Source: Eledone cirrhosa (Eukaryota). Taken from it: a DNA stretch of 64,000 nucleotides. Below the pieces are notes generated by a model that saw only the letters and a program-made list of their open reading frames with translations, was not told where the DNA came from and ran no database searches. The position numbers and the translations under genes are program-made. Of this stretch, positions 52,260 to 64,000 are shown one piece after another. The number at the start of each line of letters is the position of its first letter. The first letter of the stretch is position 1. The stretch spans positions 122,636,001 to 122,700,000 of the forward strand of contig OZ024741.1 of the NCBI GenBank assembly GCA_964016885.1. The letters run 5' to 3'.

Positions 52260-52264
<5 letters not shown>

Positions 52265-53130
52265 AACCAGTAAGACCCCGACAGCTGAGCTCAAGCCGTT
52301 TCGACGGCTAATTCTGGACTAAATGAAAATTTATCCTGGTATTTAAATAGCCGATCTTCTCAAGGGGTAATTCCATATATGGTCAAAGTGATTGTCAAAA
52401 ATCAGTAGTAATTCTGTGGTTGCAAATTAGTAGGGGAGATGGTGGCTAAACCTGCCAGTAGGAGAAAGAGGGGAGGGGGTGGAGTAAACCCAATCAAGCG
52501 TTGGTAGTGCCAGCTACAGCTGGGCATGAGGTCAAAGAAGATACAGGGGAGGGGGAGGAAGTCGGAACGGTAGGTAGAACAATGGGGGGTAGAAATATAT
52601 AGGAAAGAAAAGAAAAAATACTGAGAGTGAAGAAAAGCAAATAAGTGTAAAGAAAAAAGTAAAGTAAATTAAATTCTACGACCTAGGTCTCAGGCTATTG
52701 TAAGGCTAGAATAAAATAAAGAAAGAAAGAAAGAAGTAAAGAAATAAATAAATAAAGAAATAACGAAATAAGTAAAAGAACTAGGTGGGACGGATTAGGC
52801 AAGGACCCTTTTAAGAGGTATAAGTACGTAAATGATACGGTGACGGGTCAACAAAAGGGGCCAAAATACTAAAGAGACTACCACGAAATAAACAATAAAG
52901 GTTTCCATCCCGGGCCAGCAACGACCCAGTGCAGCAAAGTGAACTTGTACGAGATAATAATTCTGAGTCCCGAGAAAAATATATACTAATGCTAACTCTA
53001 AAAGATCTAAAACAAGCTACATGAAAGTTCGTACGAAATAAAGGTAGAATACGGAGAAATAAATTCAGAATCCACCCCGCCCAGAAGAAAAGCGAAGCAA
53101 GAAATACTGAAACGAAAAAATAAGGCATAA
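52260..53130 (-). repeat. Left arm of 871-bp inverted repeat (inverted pLTR)
   Basis: Reverse complement of 55174-56044; only about 3 mismatches seen by eye and no net indel. Confidence 0.97.
52275..52368 (-). ncRNA. Inverted copy of the U3:A8 hammerhead
   Basis: Reverse complement of 55936-56029. Confidence 0.78.
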
Positions 53131-53132
53131 AT

Positions 53133-54824
53133 CGAGATGGACAACAAATCACCTCCAGCCTCGGGGTCGCCGAACGCACGGAACCTCTAGACCCACGGAC
53201 ACCATACTTCACACTGAAGGACCATAAATCCGATTTTGACCGTAAACCCTCTATCAGGCTTATTAACCCAACGAAGTCCGACATAGGGAGAATCAGCAAA
53301 AAAATCCTAGACCGCATGATACCAAAAGTCAAGCAACACACCCGACTTAGCCTATGGATCAACACCCAGGAAGTAATCTCCTGGTTCAGCAATATGGAGG
53401 ATAAACGAGAAACTAAATTCATACAGTTCGACATAGAGAGCTACTATGCTTCAATCACCTTACCGCTACTTACTGCCGCCTTGGACTTCGCCGAAACACT
53501 TGTGCCCATCACCGACCAGGAAAGAAAAATCATCCTCCACGCCAGGAAGACAGTCTTACTCTTTGACGACTCTAAATGGATAAAAAGAGCTCCCGACTCA
53601 CCCTTCGACGTCAGCATGGGCGCCACGGATTCGGCGGAGGTCACAGATCTTATAGGATTATTCCTAATAGCCAAACTCACTGATATGTTTCCTGCATTCG
53701 GTGGTGGATTGTACCGTGATGATGGGCTCCTTACCCTTAAAGGGTACAACCCCAGTAGTACAGATCGGGTTCGGAAACAATTAATCAGATTCTTCCGCGA
53801 CTGGGGATTTAAAATAACCCTACAAACGTACCTGACCCGAGTAAACTTCCTGGACGTGACCCTCGACCTCGAAAACGACCTGTACTACCCATACAGGAAA
53901 CCTAATGACAATCTGCACTACATCCACCGCCGATCAAACCATCCTAGGAACATCACAAACAACCTGGTCAAAAACATCTCCCTCCGCATATCCCGTTTGT
54001 CAGCTAATGTGCGGATATTCGATGAACATGCGCCTTATTACAACCAGGCCCTCAAGCGGAGTGGTTTCCGGGAGGAAATATCCTACTGTCCAGCTCCCAT
54101 TAGCGGAACCAGCAGGAGACACCGCCGCTCACGCAATGTAACATGGTTCAATCCTCCCCACAACGCAGAGGTGACAACTCCCATCGGGAAACTATTCTTT
54201 AGGCTCATTGAAAAACACTTCCCATTACAACACCGCTACCACAACATAATTAACAAAAATACCATCAAACTCTCTTACAGCACTACACCAAACTTCGCAC
54301 AAAACATCGTCTCCTCTAACAACAAAAAACTCAACCCCGATGGCAGAAATAACCTAAATAGCAGTGGAGAACCGACCAGGAGGTGTAACTGCCCGGATAG
54401 ATCTATTTGCCCACTCGACAATAGATGCAGAGACCGTAATGTGATCTACCAGTGCAACGTGAGGACGGATACCTCCAACAAAGCCTATATAGGACTTACC
54501 GCATGTGACTTCAAGACCCGGCTATACCAACATAGAGATACCTTCCGAAACCCGGCCCGGCGTCACGCCACTACACTTTCGGGCCACATATGGGACCTCA
54601 AGGACAACAACATCACCTATGATCTCACTTGGAGATTACTGTCCAGAGCCAATCCTTACACGGGAGGACGCCGTCCGTGCAATTTATGCTCGGAGGAAAC
54701 TTTACAAATGCTGTTTTCGACGGACCAACTCCTAAACAAGAAAGATGAACTGGTCACTGCATGTAAACATAGATTGCGTAGGACTTACCTCGCCCTCAAA
54801 CCCCATAATGACCCGGGGGGGTAG
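53133..54824 (+). CDS. PLE reverse transcriptase plus GIY-YIG endonuclease (N-terminally truncated; first ATG at 53316)
   Basis: Frame is open from the inversion junction: FTLKDHK...IRLINPTKSDIGRISKKILD, FIQFDIESYYASI, FDVSMGATDSAEVTDLIG, GLYRDDGL, NFLDVTLDL, SNHP, WFNPP, CNCPDRSICPLDNRC, VIY..YIG, CNLCSEE, CKHR. No internal stops. Confidence 0.93.
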   Translation, partial: RDGQQITSSLGVAERTEPLDPRTPYFTLKDHKSDFDRKPSIRLINPTKSDIGRISKKILDRMIPKVKQHTRLSLWINTQEVISWFSNMEDKRETKFIQFDIESYYASITLPLLTAALDFAETLVPITDQERKIILHARKTVLLFDDSKWIKRAPDSPFDVSMGATDSAEVTDLIGLFLIAKLTDMFPAFGGGLYRDDGLLTLKGYNPSSTDRVRKQLIRFFRDWGFKITLQTYLTRVNFLDVTLDLENDLYYPYRKPNDNLHYIHRRSNHPRNITNNLVKNISLRISRLSANVRIFDEHAPYYNQALKRSGFREEISYCPAPISGTSRRHRRSRNVTWFNPPHNAEVTTPIGKLFFRLIEKHFPLQHRYHNIINKNTIKLSYSTTPNFAQNIVSSNNKKLNPDGRNNLNSSGEPTRRCNCPDRSICPLDNRCRDRNVIYQCNVRTDTSNKAYIGLTACDFKTRLYQHRDTFRNPARRHATTLSGHIWDLKDNNITYDLTWRLLSRANPYTGGRRPCNLCSEETLQMLFSTDQLLNKKDELVTACKHRLRRTYLALKPHNDPGG

Positions 54825-55173
54825 ACTAGGGCTATAACACCCCACTTGCCGATTTTGCAATGGGTAACCCCTGCTTGCCAAGGAAGACGTAAGATCTCCT
54901 TTGTATTCTTTCATCGCTTCCTTTATTTCCTTCCCCCCTCTCTCCTTAGTCCTTCTACCCCAGCTCTTCTCCTTTGTCGGCGTCTTTTCTCGCCCACCCG
55001 AGGCTGCCCTTTGGCCCCATGTAGCCTTAGTACCCCCACCACCCCCTCCCCTAGTCTATGATAGATTTGGCGGACTCCGCCCTTTATAGCAGTTGGCTTA
55101 GACCCCGGATACTTGCCCCCTTTTTCCGACCGCTCCCACTATTCTCTGTGCCCTCTATATTTCTTAGTGGCAC

Positions 55174-56044
55174 TTATGCCTTATTTTTTCGTTTCAGTAT
55201 TTCTTGCTTCGCTTTTCTTCTGGGCGGGGTGGATTCTGAATTTATTTCTCCGTATTCTACCTTTATTTCTTACGAACTTTCATGTAGCTTGTTTTAGATC
55301 TTTTAGAGTTAGCATTAGTATATATTTTTCTCGGGACTCAGAATTATTATCTCGTACAAGTTCACTTTGCTGCACTGGGTCGTTGCTGGCCCGGGATGGA
55401 AACCTTTATTGTTTATTTCGTGGTAGTCTCTTTAGTATTTTGGCCCCTTTTGTTGACCCGTCACCGTATCATTTACGTACTTATACCTCTTAAAAGGGTC
55501 CTTGCCTATACCGTCCCACCTAGTTCTTTTACTTATTTCGTTATTTCTTTCTTTATTTATTTCTTTACTTCTTTCTTTCTTTCTTTATTTTATTCTAGCC
55601 TTACAATAGCCTGAGACCTAGGTCGTAGAATTTAATTTACTTTACTTTTTTCTTTACACTTATTTGCTTTTCTTCACTCTCAGTATTTTTTCTTTTCTTT
55701 CCTATATATTTCTACCCCCCATTGTTCTACCTACCGTTCCGACTTCCTCCCCCTCCCCTGTATCTTCTTTGACCTCATGCCCAGCTGTAGCTGGCACTAC
55801 CAACGCTTGATTGGGTTTACTCCACCCCCTCCCCTCTTTCTCCTACTGGCAGGTTTAGCCACCATCTCCCCTACTAATTTGCAACCACAGAATTACTACT
55901 GATTTTTGACAATCACTTTGACCATATATGGAATTACCCCTTGAGAAGATCGGCTATTTAAATACCAGGATAAATTTTCATTTAGTCCAGAATTAGCCGT
56001 CGAAACGGCTTGAGCTCAGCTGTCGGGGTCTTACTGGTTCCTAT
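55174..56044 (+). repeat. Right arm of 871-bp inverted repeat (3'UTR/pLTR)
   Basis: Reverse complement of 52260-53130. Confidence 0.97.
55936..56029 (+). ncRNA. Type I hammerhead, U3:A8 core variant
   Basis: ACCCC-TTGAGAA-GA(T)CGGCTA...TAGCCGTC-GAAA-CGGCT-TGAGCTC-AGCTG-TC^GGGGT. Three helices form; GUC triplet at 56022-56024. Confidence 0.8.
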
Positions 56045-56120
56045 TACCCAATCTACTACCTCAAGTATTGAGTACTTTGGTGCGTTATGGTCCACCTGGT
56101 TCCTTACCACATTTCCTTCG

Positions 56121-56204
<84 letters not shown>

Positions 56205-56404
56205 ATATATATATATTATCCTGAGTCGGTTTTCTCGTTGCTTTGGTCCTTGTGGTTGGCTTAGCGGTCACAATCTTCAATTTGCCAAGCTGTTTAACGT
56301 TATGTTATTATTCTAAGGTAAAATACCTTATTGAGTGCTTAGCTGCACATTCCAATTGCATTCGTTAGCATAGCTGCAGCCATACCTTCGATTATGCTGA
56401 ACTT

Positions 56405-56727
<323 letters not shown>

Positions 56728-56730
56728 GAA

Positions 56731-56846
56731 GGCGTGTGGCTGAGTGGTTAGAGAATTGGATTCACAATCTTGAGATTGTGAGTTAGATTCCTGGACCGGG
56801 CGATGCGTTATGTCCTTGAGCAAGACACTTTATTTCACGTTGCTCC
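56731..56846 (+). mobile_element. tRNA-derived SINE, 3'-truncated
   Basis: A box TGGCTGAGTGG (56737-56747), degenerate B box GTTAGATTCC (56782-56791), then the conserved SINE body motif TGTCCTTGAGCAAGACACTT. Confidence 0.8.
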
Positions 56847-56953
56847 TTCTACCTGGAGTTGCGACCGATAGATAGTAGTAGCAACTGGAAAGACCAACGA
56901 AAACATTGTTTCCCCGGTCCGATTTGACGAAAGTCGATCGATCCTATATATAA

Positions 56954-57585
56954 AATAAATCAGGAAAGAAGAGTGATACGGTTTGCTATACAAAAAAGGT
57001 TTTTAATCTCATTGCTGACAATTGTTTCTCTGAACTAGGAGGTCTAGAGATCGTTATCTGCTTATTTTAACGTTACTCGATCGCCAATACAAAGTTATAA
57101 CCAGTCAGTTCATCGGAGCTTGCGAGAATGAAGAGAATATACAGGCATGAAAAGAATATACAGCCTACTATATGTAGTAGTAATTGCATTCAGTTAGAAC
57201 AATAACAACAATATCAACAATGTTAGCAATAAATTATTTGATATAATCACAACATCAATCTAGGTGGGAAGTATAGTATATCTATGAGTTTAACGTGTAA
57301 AACTAGCTGACATGAGGCAGATGTATAAAATTGACATGTAAAAACTGTCGTAGGGTGCATTATATCAATTGTAAAGATAAGCTGGTGTTTTTAAACAATG
57401 TAGGTCAGGTGGCCGTAATAGTCGGTTTTTATCTGACCGATGAAGTATTTATCACTGTAGTGGAATTTGTGTGGTCTATATTAGATGAGAGGGCTGTTTA
57501 TCTTTCTTATCCTCAATAACATACATGTATAAGACAACACTAACAAAGCTAAATAATGGACAAGTTAATACAGAGGTTAAGGAGG
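56954..57585 (-). repeat. Left arm of 632-bp inverted repeat
   Basis: Reverse complement of 60550-61181 with scattered substitutions. Confidence 0.95.
57008..57124 (-). ncRNA. Inverted, more mutated copy of the 61011-61127 hammerhead
   Basis: Lies in the left inverted arm; keeps CCGATGA and GAAACAATTGTC but has substitutions in stems I and II. Confidence 0.55.
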
Positions 57586-57804
57586 TATTACTCCAAGTGT
57601 TTGCAACATAGGAATTACAGCGTACTCGCAGCATCACTATGGAAACGCCTTGTTGAGTCAAACTTAGCCAAGCGTTGATATCATCCACTACCCGGAGTAC
57701 CATAACTGGACTACACCTAAGTGGACTACATATAACAATTATTTGTTACCCCGTATACTTAGCTGCCACCTGGTTGAGCAACACCATTAACGCACGGCAA
57801 CAAC

Positions 57805-60157
57805 ATGGAGAAGCACCGTATAGGAATGTCACTGGAAAACATACCTATACCTACAAATTGAGGACTATACACTGGGCATGATACAACGGACTAATGATTT
57901 CATCCGTAGGGTCCGATGGAAGGCTTACCATTTCGACAAAGTACCGAATACTAACGCAAGGGTATTTTCTAAAGAGAATTACGGATTTAAATCCTGAAAA
58001 AAACCCCGCCAAACAATCCCACACTCGAGGCCTTCGAGCTGGGCCTTATGAACATGATAAGTGAAATAAATTCAAAAAAAGAACACATCACAACAAATTG
58101 CAAAAAGACATAAATACACTACTAAAAAACTAAAAGACACTAACGGTATCATAGTAAAAGCAGACAAAACATCAAACGTATACTCTATGGACCTTAACAC
58201 ATACAATAGCTTTATCCAGCGTGAACTACATAAACAATACAAAAAAACAAATGAATCTACACTCACCAGCATTAACGTGGAGGGCCTCAGGATAGTAAAT
58301 AAACTCGGAATTCCCGATAGGACCGAGCCTCTAACCCCATGCAACCCCACATTTAACCTGAAGGATCACAAAAATAATTTTGAAACAAACCCTACTATTA
58401 GACTATGCCCATCCAAGTCAGACATAGGCAAAATTAGCAAGAACATTCTAGATAGGGTAATCGCACAAATAAAGGGTAAACTAGTAATCAATTTATGGGG
58501 TAACACTAACGAGGCAATTAAATGGTTCAATAACATACAAAATAGGAAGACGTGTAACTTTATACAATTTGATATAGACGACTACTATGCATCCATATCC
58601 CCAGCCACCCTAGATAAAGCGCTTATATTTGCCCCAAATAACTCTGATCTTACCCCTGAGGAAATTGAAAATAGCTAGTGGGTAAGATGAGATAGGATAT
58701 ACAGCTTCGATATAACAATGGGATCAAATGACTCTGCGCAAATCACAGACATCGTGGGGCTATTCATAGCATACAACCTACATAAGGAATTCAGTAACCT
58801 CCAAGGAGGGATTTATAGAGACGACATGCTCCTTATAGCTAAGAACTTAACAACCAGAGCATGGAAAGATTAAGAAAAATCATTAGAACATTCTTAAAAA
58901 AACTAGGCCTAAGCATTACCTACGAACTGAACCATAAGAAGGTAAACTTTCTAGATGTGACTCTAAATCTAAATACGGGATTAATAGAACCTTTCCACAA
59001 ACATAATGAAAATCTGGCCTATATTAGTCATAACTCAAACCACCCCCAAATCCATAATCAGATCCATAGCACGTAGTATATCCCTTCGAATATCCCGCTT
59101 ATCCTCAAACCTAGAAATCTTTAACGAACATGCTAACTATTATAACGTAGCATTACATAGGGCCGGACATAAAGATAAACTGCAGTATATAGCGAATAAA
59201 GACAACGTAAACAATCCTAATAGCAACTATACCAACCGCTCACACAAAAATAGAGGTAACTGGACTAGACATAGGGTTAGGCACAGAGTGAACGGTCAAA
59301 ACACTAATAACGTAAACCCAAGAAACAATAGAAGAATCAGAGAAAGAAAATACCTATAGTTCAATCCAATCTTCAACTCCTCTGTAAAAACCAGACTGCC
59401 TTCTACATTCTTTAAACTAATAGATAAACACTTTCCTATTTCACATAGATATCATAAAATACTCAATAGAAATACTATAAAACTCTCATACTCTACGGCA
59501 GCAAATATAGAATCGCACATACGCAAGATCAACCACAGAAATATCTCTAGGGAATCAGCCCCATCTATGCGCAACATAGCACCAAATTATAAGCATAAAC
59601 ACATCACAGTATCACAACCGCAAGCACATACAAGCGCGCAGCAGCAAAACCCCAACGGGCATGAATCACAACCCACTTATAGCAGAGTACTAAACAGCAG
59701 TGTAGAAGCTGCACGAAATAACACCTCAAACTGTACTTGTCACTTACCGGATAGGTGCCCATTGGCGAATAGATGCCTCGATTCGAGCCTAGTGTACATG
59801 TGTACGGGTAACTCAGACAACTCCACCTGGCATTACATTGGATCCACCGCGGGTACTTTTAAAAAAAGATGGTATGTGCACAGGAACTCGAAGAAAAATC
59901 GTGCACTTATGGGTTCTACAACCCTCGCCAAAAAAATATGGGAACTGAAGGACAACAACACTAGCTACAGTATCAACTGGTCGAGGTTGTCGGCTGCTAA
60001 AACCTACAGTACAGGTATGTCCCACTGTAGGTTATGTGATCTAGAACTACTGTATATCCTTAGAAATGTAAAAAGGCTACTTAACAACAAGTTAGAAAGA
60101 TCTATCTTCTGCAGACACAGGATCGCCACTAAATTCATAAGATTTAAACCTCCGTGA
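57805..60157 (+). pseudogene. PLE RT/GIY-YIG polyprotein with several frameshifts and stops
   Basis: Motifs in order across frames: MSLENIPIP, FIRRVRWKAYHF, YGFKS*, VKADKTSN, LKDHK, FIQFDIDDYYASI, FDITMGSNDSAQITDIVG, GIYRDDML, NFLDVTLNL, NRNTIKLSYS, CTCHLPDRCPLANRC, LVY..YIG, CRLCDLE, CRHR. Confidence 0.92.
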
Positions 60158-60549
60158 ATCGAACCGACGTAACATAGCTTTCAACTAGGATACCCACTAT
60201 TCTGCACGAATCACCACAGAAATATAATCATTAAGTACATTCTAGCCTTCTTAGTTCTATACCACACTAATGTCTGTAAGTACCTCATCAACCCATAAAC
60301 TTATCTCTTCTCAGCTGCTGTCATCACTTGATCCTAAATCCAAGAACATTTCAAAATACTACTACAACAGAACTTTACCTACCTCTTGCTATAATTATAG
60401 TCAGCATGTTTTCTCTTTCTATGTATGTATTTGTATGTGTGTGTGTATATATATATATATGTTTGTGTGCATGTGTGTGTGTATATATATGTATATATAT
60501 ATACAGTATTTTCCGTAGTGTTGTAATATAAATATATATATATATATTG

Positions 60550-61181
60550 CCTCCTTAACCTCTGTATTAACTTGCCCATTATTTACCTTTGTTAGTGTTG
60601 TCTTATACATGTATGTTATTGAGGATAAGAAAGATAGGCAGCCCTCTCATCTAATATAGACCACACAAATTCCACTACAGTGATAAATACTTCATCGGTC
60701 AGATAAAAACCGACTATTACGGCCACCTGACCTACATTGTTTAAAAACACCAGCTTATCTTTACAATTGATATAATACACCCTACGACAGTTTTTACATG
60801 TCAATTTTATACATCTGCCTCATGTCAGCTAGATTTACACGCTAAATTCATAGATATACTATACTTCCCACCTAGATTGATGTTGTGATTATTTCAAATA
60901 ATTTATTGTTAACATTGTTGATATTGTTGTTATTGTTCTAACTGAATGCAATTACTACTACATATAGTAGCCTGTATATTCTTTTCATGCCTGCATATTC
61001 TCTTCATTCTCTCAAGCTCCGATGAACTGACTGGTTATAACTTTGTATTGGCGATCGAGTAACGTGAAAATAAGCGGATAGCGATCTCTAGACCTACCAG
61101 TTCAGAGAAACAATTGTCAGCAATGAGATTAAAAACCTTTTTTGTATAGCAAACCATGTCAATCTTCTTTCCTGATTTATT
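60550..61181 (+). repeat. Right arm of 632-bp inverted repeat (pLTR)
   Basis: Reverse complement of 56954-57585. Confidence 0.95.
61011..61127 (+). ncRNA. Type I hammerhead-like motif with a CCGAUGA core and long stem II insert
   Basis: CTCA-A-GCT-CCGATGA-A-CTGACTGGT...ACCAGTTCAG-A-GAAA-CAATTG-TC^AGC-AA-TGAG; palindromic CAATTG stem III and GUC triplet. Confidence 0.68.
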
Positions 61182-61345
61182 ATTACTCCAAGTGTTTACA
61201 ACATAGGAATTACAGCGTACTCGCAGCATCACTATGGAAACGCCTTGTTGAGTCAAACTTAGCCAAGCGTTTATATCATCCACTACCCGGAGTACCATAA
61301 CTGGACTACACCTAATTGGACTACATATAACAATTATTTGTTACC
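61181..61345 (+). repeat. 165-bp direct repeat of the element's 5'UTR (57586-57750)
   Basis: tattactccaagtgttt...caattatttgttacc occurs at both positions with about 3 substitutions. Confidence 0.95.
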
Positions 61346-61346
61346 A

Positions 61347-61423
<77 letters not shown>

Positions 61424-62705
61424 GTTTGTGTCTGTCTCTGTACCCATGTGCATGCGCGCGTGCATGCGCGCGCGCATGCATGTGTGTGTATATGTGTATG
61501 TGAGTGTGTTTGTGACTGTGTTTAAAATAGTGGTCTTGTTTGTTAGCGCTCAATAAAATAAGTAATGGTGTCGATGTGATCAATAAATACCTTGCAAAAC
61601 TCTCCCCACCCATATTTAGTAAAAACGACTATTCACTTGATCAGCAACATTACACCAAGATCAAGAGAGGAAGTTCGTTACACAACGGTTATAGAATTAG
61701 TTAAAGAAGGAATAACCCTGTTGTAATAGAAGTGTTTGAATTGTGGTCGTCCACATAACATAGGTCCATCCATGTTAAAAACTCTGTATTGACTTCTATG
61801 AAGGAGAGAAATAACAGCAATAGATACGCCAGCCAGATTTGGCAACAGCATTCCGTACTACATCCATACGTATATTCCATGTTGATCTTTCAACCTATAT
61901 TATATCCTGCGCTTATGCTTTGAAATGAATCTATATATTAAATATGCTTAACTCAGAGCCACAGTAGGGATACGTATGGAAAAATGTAAATGATTATTAC
62001 CAACTGAGTGACGTCTACTGCCAACCCTTCCCCTAAAATATAAACTCGCAAAATATGCTCTCGCGTCCCTCTCTATTCTTCCTTCGTTTTCGATCATTGT
62101 CAAAAAAATCTTTACTACCATTTTGGTATATTCCTATCAATCCACTTCCCAACCTCGCAAACTCATGTCCAGCTCACCATTATGGAAAGTTTCACTATTT
62201 GTCACCAACTGTGCATCCAACTCCGTATTGCAAACACATTGTAAAACTCCACCCACAAAACTTCCAAAACAATTCACGTGCCATACCCCATCCTTTACAC
62301 CCAAATATTACCCACAAGAGCTAGCCCATATTCCTTTAAAAATCTTACATCACTACCTATTAATGTAATCTGTCCAGAACTTTCAAAAATTGCAAGAGTG
62401 CATCTATTTCTCAAGAAAAGAAGTATACGACCTTGACGAATTCCGATCTATAAGTCGCACTTTCAATATCTAAAAAGCAATGGAATGATTCGTTAAAAAT
62501 CTCCGCCTCTAAACTAGAGACCATCATTACTACTATCGTAAAGACAGGCGTACAGGGGACTGGTTCGCTTCGGTCATTCTCATTAGACAATTTGCCATAA
62601 AATATTGTTGAGCGTAATATCGAAAATACATTTAATATTGTCTAGTCCGCCAATGTTTTTGATAAGATTTAGCTCGATAGACAGACAGTAAGGTGGATAG
62701 ATAGT

Positions 62706-62920
<215 letters not shown>

Positions 62921-63099
62921 TGTAGAGGGATAGATATATTCTTTGTTCAAAGATAAGAGATTCGTAGTTAGGGAGCCATTAACAGATGTGTGTTTCAGTC
63001 ATGTCAGCACTATTGTGAAAGAGTTGGATAAGGAGTAAAATATAAAATTACACCTTCCCAATATCGCATGACGTAGTTATTATGGAACTCTTCTGAAAT

Positions 63100-63100
<1 letters not shown>

Positions 63101-63170
<70 letters not shown>

Positions 63171-63234
63171 TATATATATATATATATATATATAAGGGTT
63201 ATCATATACATAAAATTAAATTAAAAAAATATTA

Positions 63235-63306
<72 letters not shown>

Positions 63307-63320
63307 GTGTGTGTGTGCGC
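63101..63320. repeat. Compound (CA)n/(TA)n/(TG)n microsatellite cluster
   Basis: Directly visible. Confidence 0.9.
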
Positions 63321-63639
63321 GTGCAGAAAGTACAATAAGTGCGAAGAAAACTGGTGAGAGTCCCAAGGTCAGCACTCGATGCAGATCCGAGTGTATATAA
63401 TAAAAATAAAGTGGAGTTTTTTCTATGGAGATTTATTGCGCAATCCTGCTTACAAATGTTACTCAAGCAGCCGGTTCGTTGTCGTTTGTTGCTGTCGTTT
63501 GTTGCTGTTGTCGTTGTAAGTGTTTTTACTGTAGCTGTTGTTTTAGTTGTAGTCAATAGGGTGATGTTATCAGCACGACTATTGCGACCAGTGTGGACAA
63601 CTTTGGTCGGCGGTTTGATGTTATTGTCATTGTTGTTCT

Positions 63640-63684
63640 TGTAGTTGTCGTTTTTGTTGTTGTTGTTGTTGTTGTAGTTGTTGT
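63640..63684. repeat. Imperfect (GTT)n repeat
   Basis: Directly visible. Confidence 0.85.
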
Positions 63685-64000
63685 CTATAGGTGGTCGTCA
63701 ACTAAATATATACCCCACCCCCTCAGAGCTCCTTGTCTATTGGGTTTTGTTTGCACACAGTTCTTTGTTCTTTTCGTCTTTTTTCGTTGATAGCGTTTTC
63801 TAACAAACGCGACGGCTGGCAAACCCTTCAAGGAACTCATATGTATGCTGGGCACACAGGCATTAGGACGTGTATTTTCCTGCCAGCGACATATCAAATA
63901 TATCGATTTTCATCTGAGGAAACCGTTCTCATAATCAACAGCAAATGCATGAAGGACATCTCGATTGCATGGAGAACCGTGGAAATAATTATTATGATTA

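Larger units (their letters stand above)
52260..56121 (+). mobile_element. Penelope-like retroelement (Naiad-like), 5'-truncated with an inverted pLTR
   Basis: RT+GIY-YIG ORF, pyrimidine-rich ~1.2-kb 3'UTR with HHR, 871-bp inverted termini, ~77-bp 3' tail, (TA)n on both flanks. Confidence 0.93.
56954..61345 (+). mobile_element. Full-length but decayed Penelope-like retroelement (Naiad-like) with an inverted 5' pLTR and a 3' direct repeat
   Basis: 632-bp inverted repeat, 165-bp direct repeat, disrupted RT+GIY-YIG ORF, HHR in the pLTR, (TA)n at the 3' flank. Confidence 0.92.

Noticed and set aside
52811-55614. F/L/S-rich ORFs (52811-53434 on -, 54846-55614 on +)
   Set aside because: These are translations of the pyrimidine-rich UTR and of the RT antisense strand.
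52260-56044. DNA transposon with long terminal inverted repeats
   Set aside because: The enclosed ORF is RT plus GIY-YIG rather than a transposase, and the left arm truncates the ORF.
56731-56800. Functional tRNA gene
   Set aside because: The B box is degenerate, there is no clean cloverleaf and it runs into a SINE body motif.
56900-56945. GACGAAAGTCGATCGATC as part of another hammerhead
   Set aside because: No upstream CUGANGA-like core or stem I partner found on either strand.
63098-63897. Val-, Thr- and His-rich ORFs near the right end
   Set aside because: They derive from (CA)n, (TA)n and (GTT)n repeats and contain no recognisable domain.

Overview
Eukaryotic, AT-rich, repeat-only window with no host gene. 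The (TA)n density and a tRNA-head SINE suggest an invertebrate, possibly a cephalopod (inference). Bases 1-~50,450 are a head-to-tail satellite of ~480-560 bp monomers, each ~437 bp of conserved sequence plus a variable (TA)n tract. Nearly every monomer carries a type I hammerhead-ribozyme (HHR) motif on the + strand (ACGGTG-CTGATGA-T-AGCT-AAGA-AGCT-T-GAAA-CTAG-TA^CATCGT; about 82 copies by manual count). The array therefore looks like an amplified Penelope pseudo-LTR or retrozyme. It shows multi-kb higher-order duplications, two recurrent deletion monomers and a captured 115-bp flank module. Directly beyond the array edge lie three Penelope-like retroelements (PLEs): a 5'-truncated Neptune-like GIY-YIG fragment (- strand), a young Naiad-like RT+GIY-YIG element with 871-bp inverted termini, and a decayed full-length Naiad-like element with a cleanly inverted 5' pLTR. 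Each PLE has its own HHR, including U3:A8 and C4 core variants. A SINE fragment and simple repeats make up most of the rest. The many YI-rich ORFs are (TA)n artefacts. All coordinates, counts and structures were derived by eye.
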